A stretch of DNA of 64,000 bases from an uncultured Methanosarcinales archaeon (lineage in GTDB: Archaea > Nanobdellota > Nanobdellia > Woesearchaeales > GW2011-AR9): the NCBI GenBank assembly GCA_964552945.1, contig CAZKIP010000004.1:25794-89793 (forward strand), read 5' to 3'. How positions within the stretch are numbered: the stretch's first letter is position 1; every line of letters begins with the position of its first letter. Below are positions 37,984-48,818 of the stretch, piece after piece. The position numbers and the translations under genes were made by a program. The notes beneath the pieces are model-generated. The model searched no databases and was not told where the DNA came from. It saw only the letters and a program-made list of their open reading frames with translations.

Positions 37984-40284
37984 ATGTCATATGTTGCTTG
38001 GTTTAAAGATTTAAATAAAGATTCTATCGCTGTAGCCGGTGGGAAAGGTGCCAATTTAGGAGAGATGTTTAATTTAGGCCTTCCTATTCCAGGGGGATTT
38101 TCTGTTACCGCTCAAACATATAAAGAATTTATTGAGAAAACTGGTATTAAAAGTAAGATTGAAGAACTTTTAAAAGGACTCAATATCGAAGATACGAAAG
38201 TATTACAAGAAGTTGCTAAAAAAATTCAAGAATTAATTATTTCTATTCCAGTTCCTGAAGAAATGAAAGAGGAAATTCAAGATAGTTATGAACTTTTGGG
38301 AGCGGAAAAGGAAGCCCATGATTTGGTTGAAGCTAAAGAAGTTTTTGTAGCTGTAAGAAGTAGTGCAACTGCTGAAGATCTTCCCGAAGCTAGTTTTGCA
38401 GGACAGCAGGCAACCTTTCTAAATGTTAAAGGAAAAGATAATGTGGTTAAAGCGGTTAGGGCTTGTTGGGCATCTTTGTTTACAGCAAGAGCAATCTATT
38501 ACAGAGAAAAAAATGATTTTGATCATAGTAAAGTTTTAATTTCAGCAATAGTTCAGAAAATGGTTAATTCTGAGAAAGCAGGAATTATGTTTACCATTAA
38601 TCCCGCTACTAACAATGGAAAAGAAATTGTTATTGAGGCGGTGTATGGTTTAGGAGAATATATTGTTGGTGGCCAAGTAAACCCCGATTTATACATTGTT
38701 GACAAGGATAATAAAGAGATTAAGAAAAGAGAAATTAAGAAACAAGAAGTCGGTTTGTTTAGGGGAGAGACGGGAGAAAATGAAAAGCAAGAAATTCCTA
38801 AAGAAATACAAGAGCGTCAAATTGTTGTTGATTCAGATGTCTTAGAACTAGCAAGATTAGGAAGAAAAATCGAGGAACATTATGGGAAACCTCAAGATAT
38901 AGAGTGGGCCATTGAAGGTAATGATATTTTTATTGTTCAATCTAGAGCTGTAACAACTTACAAACCAAAAGAATGTAAAGATGAAAAAGAAGTTTGTGAA
39001 GAAGAAGGAAAAATTCTTTTGAAAGGGGAAACGGCTTCTTCGGGAGTATATTCTGGAAAAGTAAAATTAATCTCGGATCCATCGGAACTTGATAAAATTG
39101 AGAAGGGAGATGTTCTTGTTACGAGTATGACCACTCCGGATATGGTTCCTGCTATGCAAAGAGCAGGCGCAATAGTAACAAATGAAGGAGGAATGACTTG
39201 TCATGCCGCAATTGTTTCTAGAGAGATGGGTATTCCTTGTATTGTGGGTACGGACCATGCTACTGAAGTTTTGAAAGAAAATCAAATCATAACGGTTCAC
39301 GCTTCTAGAGGAATTGTTTATGAAGGTAAAATTGCGATAAAAAAGGAAGAGCAAGTTGAGAAAGTTGTTACTCAAGCTGCAGATATTATTACCGCAACAG
39401 AAGTTAAAGTGATAATGGATATCCCTGATTTTGCTGGAAGAGCAGCAGCTACTGGTGCCGATGGCGTTGGGTTGGTTAGGTTAGAGATAATGATTGCCAA
39501 TGGAGGAATTCATCCAGCGGAGTATATTAGAGAAGGTAATGAGAAGGCTTACATTGAATTACTCAAAAAAGGAATTGGAACAATTGCAAAATCTTTTGAT
39601 GGTAAAACTGTTTGGGTGAGATGTTCAGATATGAGGACTGACGAATATCGAAATTTGAAAGGCGGGGACCAAGAACCTAAAGAAACTGACCCAATGATTG
39701 GTTGGCATGCAATTAGAAGGTTATTGGATGAGGAAAAAATCTTACGTGCAGAATTTCAAGCAATAAGGGAGCTACATTATGAGGGACATAAGAATGTTGG
39801 AGTAATGATTCCTTTTGTGATTAATGTTGATGAAGTTAAGAAAGCTAAGGAAATAATGAGGGATGTTGGCTTAGAACCATGCAAGGCAATTGATTTTGGA
39901 GTAATGATTGAAACACCTGCTTCATGTTGGATTATTGAAGATTTGTGTAAGGAAGGAATTAGTTTTATTTCTTTTGGAACTAATGATTTAACTCAGCTAA
40001 CTTTGGGAATAGATAGAAACAATCAAAGAATCCAAAAATCGTTTGATGAAATGCATCCTGCGGTGTTGGGAGAAATGGCTAAAGTGATTAAAGTTTGCAA
40101 AACTTATGGGGTGAAGACTTCCATTTGTGGTCAAGCTGGTTCAAGACCAGAGATGGCCGAATTTTTAGTTCATCAAGGGATTGATTCCATCTCTGCGAAT
40201 GCGGATGCCGTTGATGAGATAAGGCATACCGTAGCTAGAGTTGAGAAGAAGCTGTTGTTGGATCATGAAAGAGAAAGGGAATAA
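37984..40284 (+). CDS. ppsA: Phosphoenolpyruvate synthase
   Basis: GGKGANLGEM, VAVRSSATAEDLPEASFAGQQ, GGMTCHAAIVSRE, SFGTNDLTQ, SICGQA. Confidence 0.96.
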   Translation: MSYVAWFKDLNKDSIAVAGGKGANLGEMFNLGLPIPGGFSVTAQTYKEFIEKTGIKSKIEELLKGLNIEDTKVLQEVAKKIQELIISIPVPEEMKEEIQDSYELLGAEKEAHDLVEAKEVFVAVRSSATAEDLPEASFAGQQATFLNVKGKDNVVKAVRACWASLFTARAIYYREKNDFDHSKVLISAIVQKMVNSEKAGIMFTINPATNNGKEIVIEAVYGLGEYIVGGQVNPDLYIVDKDNKEIKKREIKKQEVGLFRGETGENEKQEIPKEIQERQIVVDSDVLELARLGRKIEEHYGKPQDIEWAIEGNDIFIVQSRAVTTYKPKECKDEKEVCEEEGKILLKGETASSGVYSGKVKLISDPSELDKIEKGDVLVTSMTTPDMVPAMQRAGAIVTNEGGMTCHAAIVSREMGIPCIVGTDHATEVLKENQIITVHASRGIVYEGKIAIKKEEQVEKVVTQAADIITATEVKVIMDIPDFAGRAAATGADGVGLVRLEIMIANGGIHPAEYIREGNEKAYIELLKKGIGTIAKSFDGKTVWVRCSDMRTDEYRNLKGGDQEPKETDPMIGWHAIRRLLDEEKILRAEFQAIRELHYEGHKNVGVMIPFVINVDEVKKAKEIMRDVGLEPCKAIDFGVMIETPASCWIIEDLCKEGISFISFGTNDLTQLTLGIDRNNQRIQKSFDEMHPAVLGEMAKVIKVCKTYGVKTSICGQAGSRPEMAEFLVHQGIDSISANADAVDEIRHTVARVEKKLLLDHERERE

Positions 40285-40291
40285 TTTTATT

Positions 40292-40630
40292 TTATTTTTT
40301 AATTTTTTTTGAAATAGTTGTTTTAGAACTCTTCATAGGAATTCTTGTAAACTTCTTACATTCAAAACAGGAAATAACTACCTTACCTTCTCTAGTTCTG
40401 ACACGGCCATTCGAACCAGAGCGGATATACTTATAACAATGTTTACAATATTTCCTCTTATATTCCCGTGGCATTCTCAACTTAACTTTCATTGCTATTT
40501 TACGAGCCAAAGTAACGTATCTGTTTGCCAAAGGGGAAGGAAATGCGTCATCCGCTTTAGAAAAAAGAGTTTTTATTCTCTCTTTTGCAATATCCTTCTG
40601 TTTCTTTTTTGGAATTAATGGTTTACTCAT
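40292..40630 (-). CDS. rnp4: Ribonuclease P protein component 4 (Rpp21)
   Basis: IAKERIKTLF, RYVTLARKIAMK, CKHC...CFEC zinc ribbon. Confidence 0.93.
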   Translation of the reverse strand: MSKPLIPKKKQKDIAKERIKTLFSKADDAFPSPLANRYVTLARKIAMKVKLRMPREYKRKYCKHCYKYIRSGSNGRVRTREGKVVISCFECKKFTRIPMKSSKTTISKKIKK

Positions 40631-40683
40631 ATCCTTTAAAGATAGGGAAACTTTATAAATTATTTTCTTTATTGTAAATAAAT

Positions 40684-41043
40684 ATGGTTAGAGGAAGGCC
40701 AACAAAAAGTATCATCCGGCAGAATATAATAGAAATTCTTAATGTTATAAACCAAGGTTATGGTTATCAGATAGCTAAAGTTTATAATGAGATTTTTCCT
40801 CCGGTGTCACAAAGAAGCATTTATTATCATTTAAGGAAAGGAGTTTTTACTAAGGAAATAGCGGTTCATAAAATTGAAGAGGAAAGAGGAGACTTTTCTT
40901 GGGGAAGTGTGGTTGAAAAAATTTATTACACTCTTGATAATAAAGCGAGCCCAAAGGGAGAGGAGAGAGTTAAAGATTTTTTTAAAAATAAAAAATCACT
41001 TAAGAAAGGTTTAAAAAATATATTTGGAAAATTTAAAAAATGA
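40684..41043 (+). CDS. Conserved hypothetical winged-helix protein
   Basis: RGRP..S.IRQNIIEIL, GYGYQI.K.Y, RSIYYHLRKG, FSWG...EKIYY (PadR-like wHTH pattern). Confidence 0.6.
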   Translation: MVRGRPTKSIIRQNIIEILNVINQGYGYQIAKVYNEIFPPVSQRSIYYHLRKGVFTKEIAVHKIEEERGDFSWGSVVEKIYYTLDNKASPKGEERVKDFFKNKKSLKKGLKNIFGKFKK

Positions 41044-41729
41044 GCAAAATAAATAATTTTAAAGCAAAAATTGTTAAAAAAGAAGATTTGGCAGACTCAA
41101 TTATTCTCATTTCTCTATCAGCTCCAGAGGGATTTGAATTTGAAGCAGGACAATTTGTTACTTTGGTTATTAATAAAGAGGGGGAGAAAAAACCAAGGTC
41201 TTATTCAATCTTAAACCCACCTTCTAAGAAAGGAAAAATTGATTTATGCATTAAGATAGTTGAGGGAGGTTTTGCTTCAGAAATTTTTAGAAACCTAAAG
41301 ATTGGCGATGAATTTGAAGTTAAGGGGCCCTTTGGCCATTTTAAGTTTGAAGATGATGAGAATGAAGAAGCTTGGCTTTTATGTGCTGGTACAGGAGTAG
41401 TTCCATTTTATAGTATTTTAAAAGAGCATTTAGAAAAATCAAGCAAAAAGTTTGTTCTTTTATTTGGAGCTAGGACACAAAATGAGTTGTGTTTTAATAA
41501 GGAATTTCTTGAACTTGAAAAGAGCTATGAACGATTTACTTACAAACCAGTTATAAGTAGGGAAGATTGGGATGGATTAAAAGGGCATGTTCAAGATCAT
41601 TTACCAGAAAATTTGAAAAACAAAACTTTTTATATTTGTGGTTTGAAAGAACTGGTACTAGAAACAAAGGAGAAATTGTCTTCTTCTGGAGTTGATCCAA
41701 AATATATTAAATCTGAAAGATATTCGTAG
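41040..41729 (+). CDS. Ferredoxin-NADP reductase-like FAD/NAD(P)-binding oxidoreductase
   Basis: FEAGQFV, RSYSI, GGFAS, GPFG, AGTGVVP, YICG. Confidence 0.9.
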   Translation: MSKINNFKAKIVKKEDLADSIILISLSAPEGFEFEAGQFVTLVINKEGEKKPRSYSILNPPSKKGKIDLCIKIVEGGFASEIFRNLKIGDEFEVKGPFGHFKFEDDENEEAWLLCAGTGVVPFYSILKEHLEKSSKKFVLLFGARTQNELCFNKEFLELEKSYERFTYKPVISREDWDGLKGHVQDHLPENLKNKTFYICGLKELVLETKEKLSSSGVDPKYIKSERYS

Positions 41730-43196
41730 GTGATTAAGGTGAAAATTGATATAAAAAATAAGTTAGATTCAAAGCAAGACGTTCTCATTGTTGGTAGGTT
41801 TGAGAAAGGAAAAATTGGAATGAATGTTTTGGATAAAGAATTATTATCTGAGAAAAGTTTTTCTGGAAAATGGGGGGACCAATATGTAACGACTCTTCCT
41901 TCTTACAAGAAAGTTTTAGTTCTTGGATTGGGAGATGAAAAAAAGTTAACTTTAGAAAAAGTTCGCAGATTAATGGGTAAGGCTGTATCTTTCACTAAAT
42001 CTTCTAAAAACAATGGTTTTACTACAGATATTTTACAGAAACTAAACTTTGATGCCGTTTTACTTGGAAGAGCTGTAACAGAAGGCTTAATTCTTGCCGA
42101 TTATGGATTTACAAAATATTTAGCTAAAGAAAAAAGGGATAAAAAGAAACCTCTTCAAGGAGTTTCAGTAGTTTTTTCATCAAACAAATCTTTTTCAAAA
42201 GGCCTAAATCAAGGGAAGATTATTGCTGAGTCTACAAATCTTGTAAGAGATTTAGTTAATGAACCGGCAAATGTAATTAATTCAATTTCTATTGAAAGAG
42301 TTGCTAAGAAAATAGTTGCTGGTTCAAAAAAATTAAAGTTGAAAGTTTTAAATCAACCAGAGTTAAAAAGGCTGGGGATGGGGGCTCTTCTTGGAGTTAA
42401 TGCTGGAAGTAGAAATCCTCCAAAGTTAATTATTTTAGAATATAATGGCGCTAAAAGCAAAGGAAAACCAACTGCTATAGTGGGAAAAGGAATTACTTTT
42501 GATTCTGGAGGTTACAACATAAAACCTACTGGTTATATAGAATCCATGAAAACTGATATGGGTGGAGCTGGCGCAGTTCTTGGGACTATGAAAGCTGCTG
42601 CTGCTCTTAACATAAATAAAAATTTGATTGGTGTATTGGCCGTTTGTGAGAATATGGTTGATGGTCAAGCGCAAAGACCAGGAGATATTATTAAAGCTTA
42701 CAATGGAAAAACAATTGAGATAGGTAATACAGATGCCGAGGGAAGGTTAGTTTTAGCAGATGCTCTTGCTTACACTGAAGAAAGATATAAACCAGAAATA
42801 ATGATAGATCTAGCCACTTTAACCGGTGCATGCGTAGTTGCATTAGGTTATTATGCTGCTGCATTGGTTGGTAATGATGATAAATTAATTGAAAAAATCA
42901 AAGAAGCAGGATCAAGTAGTGGAGATAGAGTTTGGCCTTTACCTTTTTTTGAAGATTACCATGATTGGATGGATGGCTCTATTTCTGATTTAAACAATAT
43001 GGCTCAGAAAGGAAAGGGATGGGAAGGCGGTTCAATTACTGCCGGAGTATTTTTGAGTAAATTTGTGAGTAAGGCAAAATGGGCTCATTTAGATATTGCT
43101 GGATCGGCTAGGTTACAAGTTGGAAACGATTACTTAAACAAAGGAGTTTCTGGTTCAGGAGTGAGGGTGTTAAGTTATTATTTGTTGAGGGAATGA
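41730..43196 (+). CDS. pepA: Leucyl aminopeptidase (M17)
   Basis: VGKGITFDSGG, MKTDMGGA, NTDAEGRLVLAD, HLDIAG. Confidence 0.96.
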   Translation: MIKVKIDIKNKLDSKQDVLIVGRFEKGKIGMNVLDKELLSEKSFSGKWGDQYVTTLPSYKKVLVLGLGDEKKLTLEKVRRLMGKAVSFTKSSKNNGFTTDILQKLNFDAVLLGRAVTEGLILADYGFTKYLAKEKRDKKKPLQGVSVVFSSNKSFSKGLNQGKIIAESTNLVRDLVNEPANVINSISIERVAKKIVAGSKKLKLKVLNQPELKRLGMGALLGVNAGSRNPPKLIILEYNGAKSKGKPTAIVGKGITFDSGGYNIKPTGYIESMKTDMGGAGAVLGTMKAAAALNINKNLIGVLAVCENMVDGQAQRPGDIIKAYNGKTIEIGNTDAEGRLVLADALAYTEERYKPEIMIDLATLTGACVVALGYYAAALVGNDDKLIEKIKEAGSSSGDRVWPLPFFEDYHDWMDGSISDLNNMAQKGKGWEGGSITAGVFLSKFVSKAKWAHLDIAGSARLQVGNDYLNKGVSGSGVRVLSYYLLRE

Positions 43197-44116
43197 ATAT
43201 GGAAAAAGTTGTTATTTTAGGTACTGGAATTGCTGGATGTACAGCGGGAATTTATGCTGCTCGTGCAAATTTGTCACCGCTTCTAATCTCTGGTGAGAAA
43301 GATGGCGGCCAATTGATGTTAACTACAGACGTGGAAAATTTTCCCGGTTTTCCTGAAGGAGTTCAGGGACCGGAGTTGGTTGAAAAGGCAAAAAAGCAGG
43401 CGGAAAAGTTTGGTGCCAAATTTAAGATTGATATTGCTCAATCGTTTGAGGAAATTGCAGGTGGTTTTGAAGTTGCTCTAATGGGTGGTGAAAAAGTGCA
43501 GACTGAAACACTTATCATCGCCACTGGGGCTTCTGCAAGATGGCTTGGCATTCCTTCGGAAGAGAAGTATAGGGGAAGAGGAGTTACCACTTGTGCTACT
43601 TGCGATGGGGCTTTCTTTAAAGATAAGGAAGTCATTGTAATAGGTGGCGGAGATTCGGCTATGGAAGAATCTTTATTTTTAACAAAATTCTGTTCTAAAG
43701 TTACTGTAGTACATAGAAGAGATGAGTTGAGGGCATCTAAAATAATGCAAGATAAAGCTAAAAAAAATCCAAAAATAAATTTTATTTGGGATTCAGTAAT
43801 AGAAGAAATTTATGGAGAGAAAGTTGTTCAAGGAGTGAAGTTAAAGAATTTAAAAACAAATGAAGTAAATGATTTCAAAACTGATGGAGTTTTTCTAGCA
43901 ATTGGCCACATTCCAAATACAAAATTTTTGGTGGGAAAATTAGAATTGGATGATCATGGCTATTTGAAAGCAAGTAAGGAGATGCATACTTCTATGAAAG
44001 GGGTTTTTGCAGCTGGAGATGTTCAGGATGTTAGATTTAGGCAGGCGATAACTGCAGCAGGTTCAGGATGTATGGCTGCAATGGAAGCTGAGAAATATTT
44101 AGCCGAGAAGGAATGA
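43193..44116 (+). CDS. trxB: Thioredoxin-disulfide reductase
   Basis: GGQLMLTTDVENFPGF, CATCDG, GGGDSAMEE, FAAGDV. Confidence 0.96.
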   Translation: MNMEKVVILGTGIAGCTAGIYAARANLSPLLISGEKDGGQLMLTTDVENFPGFPEGVQGPELVEKAKKQAEKFGAKFKIDIAQSFEEIAGGFEVALMGGEKVQTETLIIATGASARWLGIPSEEKYRGRGVTTCATCDGAFFKDKEVIVIGGGDSAMEESLFLTKFCSKVTVVHRRDELRASKIMQDKAKKNPKINFIWDSVIEEIYGEKVVQGVKLKNLKTNEVNDFKTDGVFLAIGHIPNTKFLVGKLELDDHGYLKASKEMHTSMKGVFAAGDVQDVRFRQAITAAGSGCMAAMEAEKYLAEKE

Positions 44117-45406
44117 ACTTGGTTTTTTATAAATTGGAAAATCTCTACATAACAAATTTACATCGTTTCTTATTTTTTCTTTCATTTCTTTATTATCCAT
44201 ATTTTTAATAACTTTAGAAATCCATTCTCCAACCAATTGCATCTCTGACTCTTTCATCCCTTGAGTGGTTAGAGAAGGAGTACCTATCCTAACTCCAGAT
44301 GGTTTAAATGGTGTAGAAGGGTCGAAAGGAACGGTGTTACAATTGGTACAAATTCCTGCTTCTTCTAAAGAAATGGCGGCAGGTTTTCCTAAACCAATTC
44401 CAAAATTTCTTAGATCAATTAGGATCAAATGGTTATCGGTTCCATTTGTAACTAATTTAATCTCGTTTTCCATTAAAGTATTGGCAAGAACTTTTGCATT
44501 CTTAATAATTTGATGAGCGTAATTTTGAAATTCTGGTTGCGATGCTTCTTGGAAAGCGATTGCTTTAGCAGCGATAACATTTTCATGAGGCCCTCCTTGT
44601 AATCCTGGGAAAACTGCTCTGTCAATTTTTGCGGCAAGATTTTTTTTTCTTTTCGCCTTTTTTTCATCCAATCCTTCTACATTGGCTAACCTATCTTCTT
44701 TCTTAGAAAAAATCATTGCCCCTCTTGGTCCTCTGAGAGTTTTATGGGTAGTTGTCATAACTACATCTGTGAATGGAAAAGGTGAAGGGTGGGCGTTCCC
44801 AGCGATTAAACCGGCAATATGTGAAACATCGGCAAAAGAGTAAGCACCAACTTCTTCTGCAATTTCGTGAAATGCTTTGAAATCAATTTTACGAGGGTAA
44901 GCTGTAGCTCCCGAAACTAATATTTTTGGTCTTTCAATGAGGGCTTGTTTTCTAATAATATCCAAATCTAGAAGTTCTGTTTCTTTATCTACTCCATATT
45001 GTATTGCTTGGAAATATCTTGATGTTGCACTCACAGCATGGCCATGTGTTAAATGTCCTCCCATATCTAATCTCATTCCTAATATCTTTTCTCCTGGTTT
45101 GAGAAGTGCATGATATATAGCCAAGTTAGCTGGACTTCCCGAATAAGGTTGAACGTTTACATGTTCTGCATTAAACAATTTCTTTGCTCTTTCAATTGCT
45201 AGCATTTCAACAGAATCTACAAATTCATTTCCTTGATAATACCTTTTTTGTGGGTAACCTTCGGCATACTTGTTTGTAAGAACACTACCTGTTGCTTCTA
45301 GAACGGCTGAAGAAACAAAATTTTCTGAAGGAATCATATTTAGAGTAGTTTGTTGTCTTTGCAATTCCTTTTTAATCATCTCTTTAACTTGGAAATCCAT
45401 TTTCAT
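44099..45406 (-). CDS. glyA: Serine hydroxymethyltransferase (bacterial type)
   Basis: SENFVS, NKYAEGYP, GGHLTHG, TTTHKTLRGPRG, FPGLQGGPH. Confidence 0.97.
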   Translation of the reverse strand: MKMDFQVKEMIKKELQRQQTTLNMIPSENFVSSAVLEATGSVLTNKYAEGYPQKRYYQGNEFVDSVEMLAIERAKKLFNAEHVNVQPYSGSPANLAIYHALLKPGEKILGMRLDMGGHLTHGHAVSATSRYFQAIQYGVDKETELLDLDIIRKQALIERPKILVSGATAYPRKIDFKAFHEIAEEVGAYSFADVSHIAGLIAGNAHPSPFPFTDVVMTTTHKTLRGPRGAMIFSKKEDRLANVEGLDEKKAKRKKNLAAKIDRAVFPGLQGGPHENVIAAKAIAFQEASQPEFQNYAHQIIKNAKVLANTLMENEIKLVTNGTDNHLILIDLRNFGIGLGKPAAISLEEAGICTNCNTVPFDPSTPFKPSGVRIGTPSLTTQGMKESEMQLVGEWISKVIKNMDNKEMKEKIRNDVNLLCRDFPIYKKPSSFLLG

Positions 45407-45887
45407 TTTTCTCTATGTTCTTATCTTTTCTCTTGTAAACTACAAATTCAAATTTTTCATGGTCCTCTTTTTTTTCTACTTCCCACTCCTCTTCATTCCA
45501 ATCGGGGAAGTAAGTGTCGCCTTCATAATCTTCTTTTATGAATGAAAGGTACATTTTGTCAACTAAAGGAATTGCCATATTATAAATTTGAGTTCCTCCT
45601 ATTACAAAAATGTTTTTTTCATGTTTTTTTGCTTTTTCTAAAGCCTGTTCCATGCTTGTTGCCCACTCAACTCGAGAATCTTCAAAACGAGGTGTTCTGC
45701 TAATAATGATGTTATTCCTTTTGGGCAATGGTCTACCAACAGAATCATATGTCTTACGTCCCATAATAACTGTGGAATTGGAAGTTAGTTTTCTAAACAT
45801 AGCTAGCTCTTCTGGAATTTCCCAAGGGAGCCAATTATTTTTACCTATAATCTTGTTCTTAGTCATTGCGGAAATTATTATTATCAT
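45384..45887 (-). CDS. folA: Dihydrofolate reductase
   Basis: IGKNNWLPW, IMGRKTY, RPLPKRNNII, IGGTQIY, GDTYFP; start reassigned to ATG 45887. Confidence 0.95.
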   Translation of the reverse strand: MIIIISAMTKNKIIGKNNWLPWEIPEELAMFRKLTSNSTVIMGRKTYDSVGRPLPKRNNIIISRTPRFEDSRVEWATSMEQALEKAKKHEKNIFVIGGTQIYNMAIPLVDKMYLSFIKEDYEGDTYFPDWNEEEWEVEKKEDHEKFEFVVYKRKDKNIEKNENGFPS

Positions 45888-45888
45888 C

Positions 45889-46785
45889 TTATACAGCAAT
45901 TGGTGCTTTTATCCTTGGATGGGGGTCATAATTTTCTAAAGTGAAATCATCAATCTTAAAATCAAAAATGTTTTTAATTTCTGGATTTAATTTCATTGTT
46001 GGTAGATCTCTTATATCCCTACTTAGTTGTTCTTTTACTTGATCAAGATGATTCAGGTAAATGTGAGTGTCTCCACCGGTCCAGACAAAATCTCCCAATT
46101 CAAGATTACAAACTTGTGCAATCATCATAGTTAATAATGCATAGGATGCAATGTTAAATGGGACTCCTAAAAAGACATCACAACTTCTTTGGTAAAGTTG
46201 GCAAGAAAGTTTATTATCACTAACGTAGAATTGGAATAATAAATGGCAAGGAGGTAAAGCCATTTTTTCAACTTCTGAAGGATTCCAAGCAACTACAATA
46301 TGTCTTCTACTATGGGGTTTATTTTTTATTTGCTCAATAACTTGAGTAATTTGATCAACTCCACCAAAGTTCCTCCATTGTCTTCCATATACAGGACCAA
46401 GGTTTCCCCATTTTTCTGCAAAAGAAGAATTTATTTTTATTTCTTCAACAAATTTTTTCATCTGTTCTTTCCACTCGTGGGAGTACTTAGGATATTTCTC
46501 TTCTAAATTCATCTCTTTTAGAAATTTCTGGAATGGCCACTCGTTCCAAATTTTAACATTATTGTCAACAAGATATTTAACATTAGTTTCACCTTTTAGA
46601 AACCATAACAATTCGTGTGTAATACCTCGCATGAACGTCTTTTTTGTTGTAAGAAGGGGGAATCCTTCTGCAAGATTGAAACGCATTTGGTGACCAAATA
46701 CTGCAATCGTTCCAGTCCCAGTTCGGTCTTCTTTTTTCACCCCTTTTTCAAGAATGTGTTTAAGTAAGTCTAGGTATTGTTTCAA
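45889..46785 (-). CDS. thyA: Thymidylate synthase (bacterial type)
   Basis: [49 protein letters not shown] start. Confidence 0.97.
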   Translation of the reverse strand: MKQYLDLLKHILEKGVKKEDRTGTGTIAVFGHQMRFNLAEGFPLLTTKKTFMRGITHELLWFLKGETNVKYLVDNNVKIWNEWPFQKFLKEMNLEEKYPKYSHEWKEQMKKFVEEIKINSSFAEKWGNLGPVYGRQWRNFGGVDQITQVIEQIKNKPHSRRHIVVAWNPSEVEKMALPPCHLLFQFYVSDNKLSCQLYQRSCDVFLGVPFNIASYALLTMMIAQVCNLELGDFVWTGGDTHIYLNHLDQVKEQLSRDIRDLPTMKLNPEIKNIFDFKIDDFTLENYDPHPRIKAPIAV

Positions 46786-46880
46786 TTTACCACCCCACTT
46801 TTTAGGATTAAAGGTTGTTTAAATAGATTGTTGTGATGGGGGAGAGATTTTTTAAATAAAAAGGATTTTTTTGTCTCAAA

Positions 46881-48068
46881 ATGCAAGAAACTTTAGATTA
46901 CCTTTACAACCTAAAAGTCTTTGGAAGTAAACTAGGTTTAGAAAACATGCGCCAGTTAATGGAAGCACTAAATTTTCCTTATAGAAAGTTCCCAGCAGTA
47001 CACATAGCGGGAACAAATGGTAAAGGAAGTACCTGTGCCTTTCTATCTTTAATCTTAAGAGAAGCAGGATATAAAGTAGGCCTTTATACAAGCCCCCATT
47101 TGATAAAGTTTAATGAGCGAATAAGAATAAATGGAAAAGAAATAACTGATGAGGAATTAGTTAATCTCACAAAACAAATTAAAAAAGTAATTGAAACCAA
47201 TAAAATTAGTACAACTTTCTTTGAATTTACAACGGCCTTAGCATTCCTTTATTTTGCTCAAGAAAATGTTGACATAGCTATAATAGAAGTTGGCTTGGGA
47301 GGAAAGTTGGACGCTACCAATGTTATTATTCCTGAAGTTGCAGGTATAACAAACATCAGTTTTGATCATACAAAAATTCTTGGTGAAACTAAAAAAGAGA
47401 TAGCTTATGAGAAAGCAGGAATTATAAAATCAGGTGTCCCAGTAGTGTGTGGAGAAGAGGATTCTGAAATATTTGATTATTTACAAAGTTTGGCTAATGA
47501 AAGAGGTTCAACCTTTGTTGCTTCTGAAAAAGAACCTCTTTTTGAAATTGGTTTAGAAGGAGAGCATCAAAAGAAAAATGCTTCTTTAGCTCTTACAATT
47601 CTAAACATTTTGGAAAAGAAAGGTTTTCCTGTAAAAAATAAGGATAAGAAGAATGGTTTGTTAAAAGTAGAATGGGCAGGAAGATTGCAAAAACTTTCAG
47701 AGAACGTTTTAATTGATGGTGCTCATAATGAAGCAGGAATGAAATCTTTGGTTTCTTATGTTAAAAAATTAGAAAATAGAAAAGTTTTAGTTTTGGCTTT
47801 TGCTAAAGATAAAGAATTTGCAAAAATGGTCCCAATGATCGTACCATTATTTGAAAGAATAATCATTACTAAGGGAAGTTTTAAACCAGAAGAAACAGCA
47901 GTTATTTCTAAAGAAGTGAGAAAATATACGAAAAATGTGCAGGAAATACCTTTAATTACAGAAGCAATTGAAAAAGCAACCAACATTTCTGAAGGAGGTT
48001 TAATCTTATTTACAGGTTCATTATATATGGCAGGAGATGTTTTGAAGTCTCGAAATTTATTTAAATAA
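46881..48068 (+). CDS. folC: Folylpolyglutamate synthase/dihydrofolate synthase
   Basis: HIAGTNGKGS, YTSPHL, EVGLGGKLDATN, DGAHN, TGSLY. Confidence 0.95.
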   Translation: MQETLDYLYNLKVFGSKLGLENMRQLMEALNFPYRKFPAVHIAGTNGKGSTCAFLSLILREAGYKVGLYTSPHLIKFNERIRINGKEITDEELVNLTKQIKKVIETNKISTTFFEFTTALAFLYFAQENVDIAIIEVGLGGKLDATNVIIPEVAGITNISFDHTKILGETKKEIAYEKAGIIKSGVPVVCGEEDSEIFDYLQSLANERGSTFVASEKEPLFEIGLEGEHQKKNASLALTILNILEKKGFPVKNKDKKNGLLKVEWAGRLQKLSENVLIDGAHNEAGMKSLVSYVKKLENRKVLVLAFAKDKEFAKMVPMIVPLFERIIITKGSFKPEETAVISKEVRKYTKNVQEIPLITEAIEKATNISEGGLILFTGSLYMAGDVLKSRNLFK

Positions 48069-48086
48069 TCCTTCTATGTAGATATT

Positions 48087-48818
48087 ATGAAGTTTAAGAG
48101 ATTATTTTCAAATCGTTCCATTTTCTTTATGTTGATATTTTTTATTTTAACATTAATTTCTAAGAACATCAATTTTTCTTCCTTGATAGGGGAAGCAAAC
48201 CAGTTTTTTACACTCTTCCAATTCTTTGGTCCAACAGCTGGTGCATTTCTTGGTCCATGGGTAGGAGGGGTAGCAGTATTATTTTCTCAATTGGCAGATT
48301 TTCTCTTAATGGGGAAAGAGATGAGTTTAGTAAGCATTTTGAGATTTTTACCAATGCTTTTTGCAGTTTATTATTTTGGGAGTAAAAGAAAAATTACAAG
48401 TTCTCTAATTTGTTTAGTCAGTATTTTTTTGTTTGTAATTCATCCGGTAGGAAGGGAAGTGTGGTTTCTTTCATTTTTTTGGCTAATCCCTATACTAGGG
48501 AAGGTTCTTCCTGATAAAATGAAAGGAGCTTTGCTATTAAGAAGCTTTGGAGCTACATTTACGGCTCATGCGGTTGGATCTGCAATTTGGATTTATACCG
48601 TTCCTATGACTGCTGGTCAATGGGTTTCGTTAGTTCCAATAATTGCTTATGAAAGATTTTTGTTTGGTTTAGGTATTGCTGGTTCTTATATTATATTTAA
48701 CACAGTATTGGACTTCTTAATTTGTAAACTGAAACTTAAAGTTCCTACAAGTGTTTTGTTTCTTGAAAAAAAATATACTCTTTCTAAACTTTCTAAAACT
48801 ATTAACTTATCAAAATAA
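48087..48818 (+). CDS. Multi-pass membrane protein, possible ECF-type S component (folate or vitamin uptake)
   Basis: About 6-7 TM helices; GPTAGAFLGPWVG resembles the S-component helix motif; downstream of folC. The function is inferred. Confidence 0.5.
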   Translation: MKFKRLFSNRSIFFMLIFFILTLISKNINFSSLIGEANQFFTLFQFFGPTAGAFLGPWVGGVAVLFSQLADFLLMGKEMSLVSILRFLPMLFAVYYFGSKRKITSSLICLVSIFLFVIHPVGREVWFLSFFWLIPILGKVLPDKMKGALLLRSFGATFTAHAVGSAIWIYTVPMTAGQWVSLVPIIAYERFLFGLGIAGSYIIFNTVLDFLICKLKLKVPTSVLFLEKKYTLSKLSKTINLSK

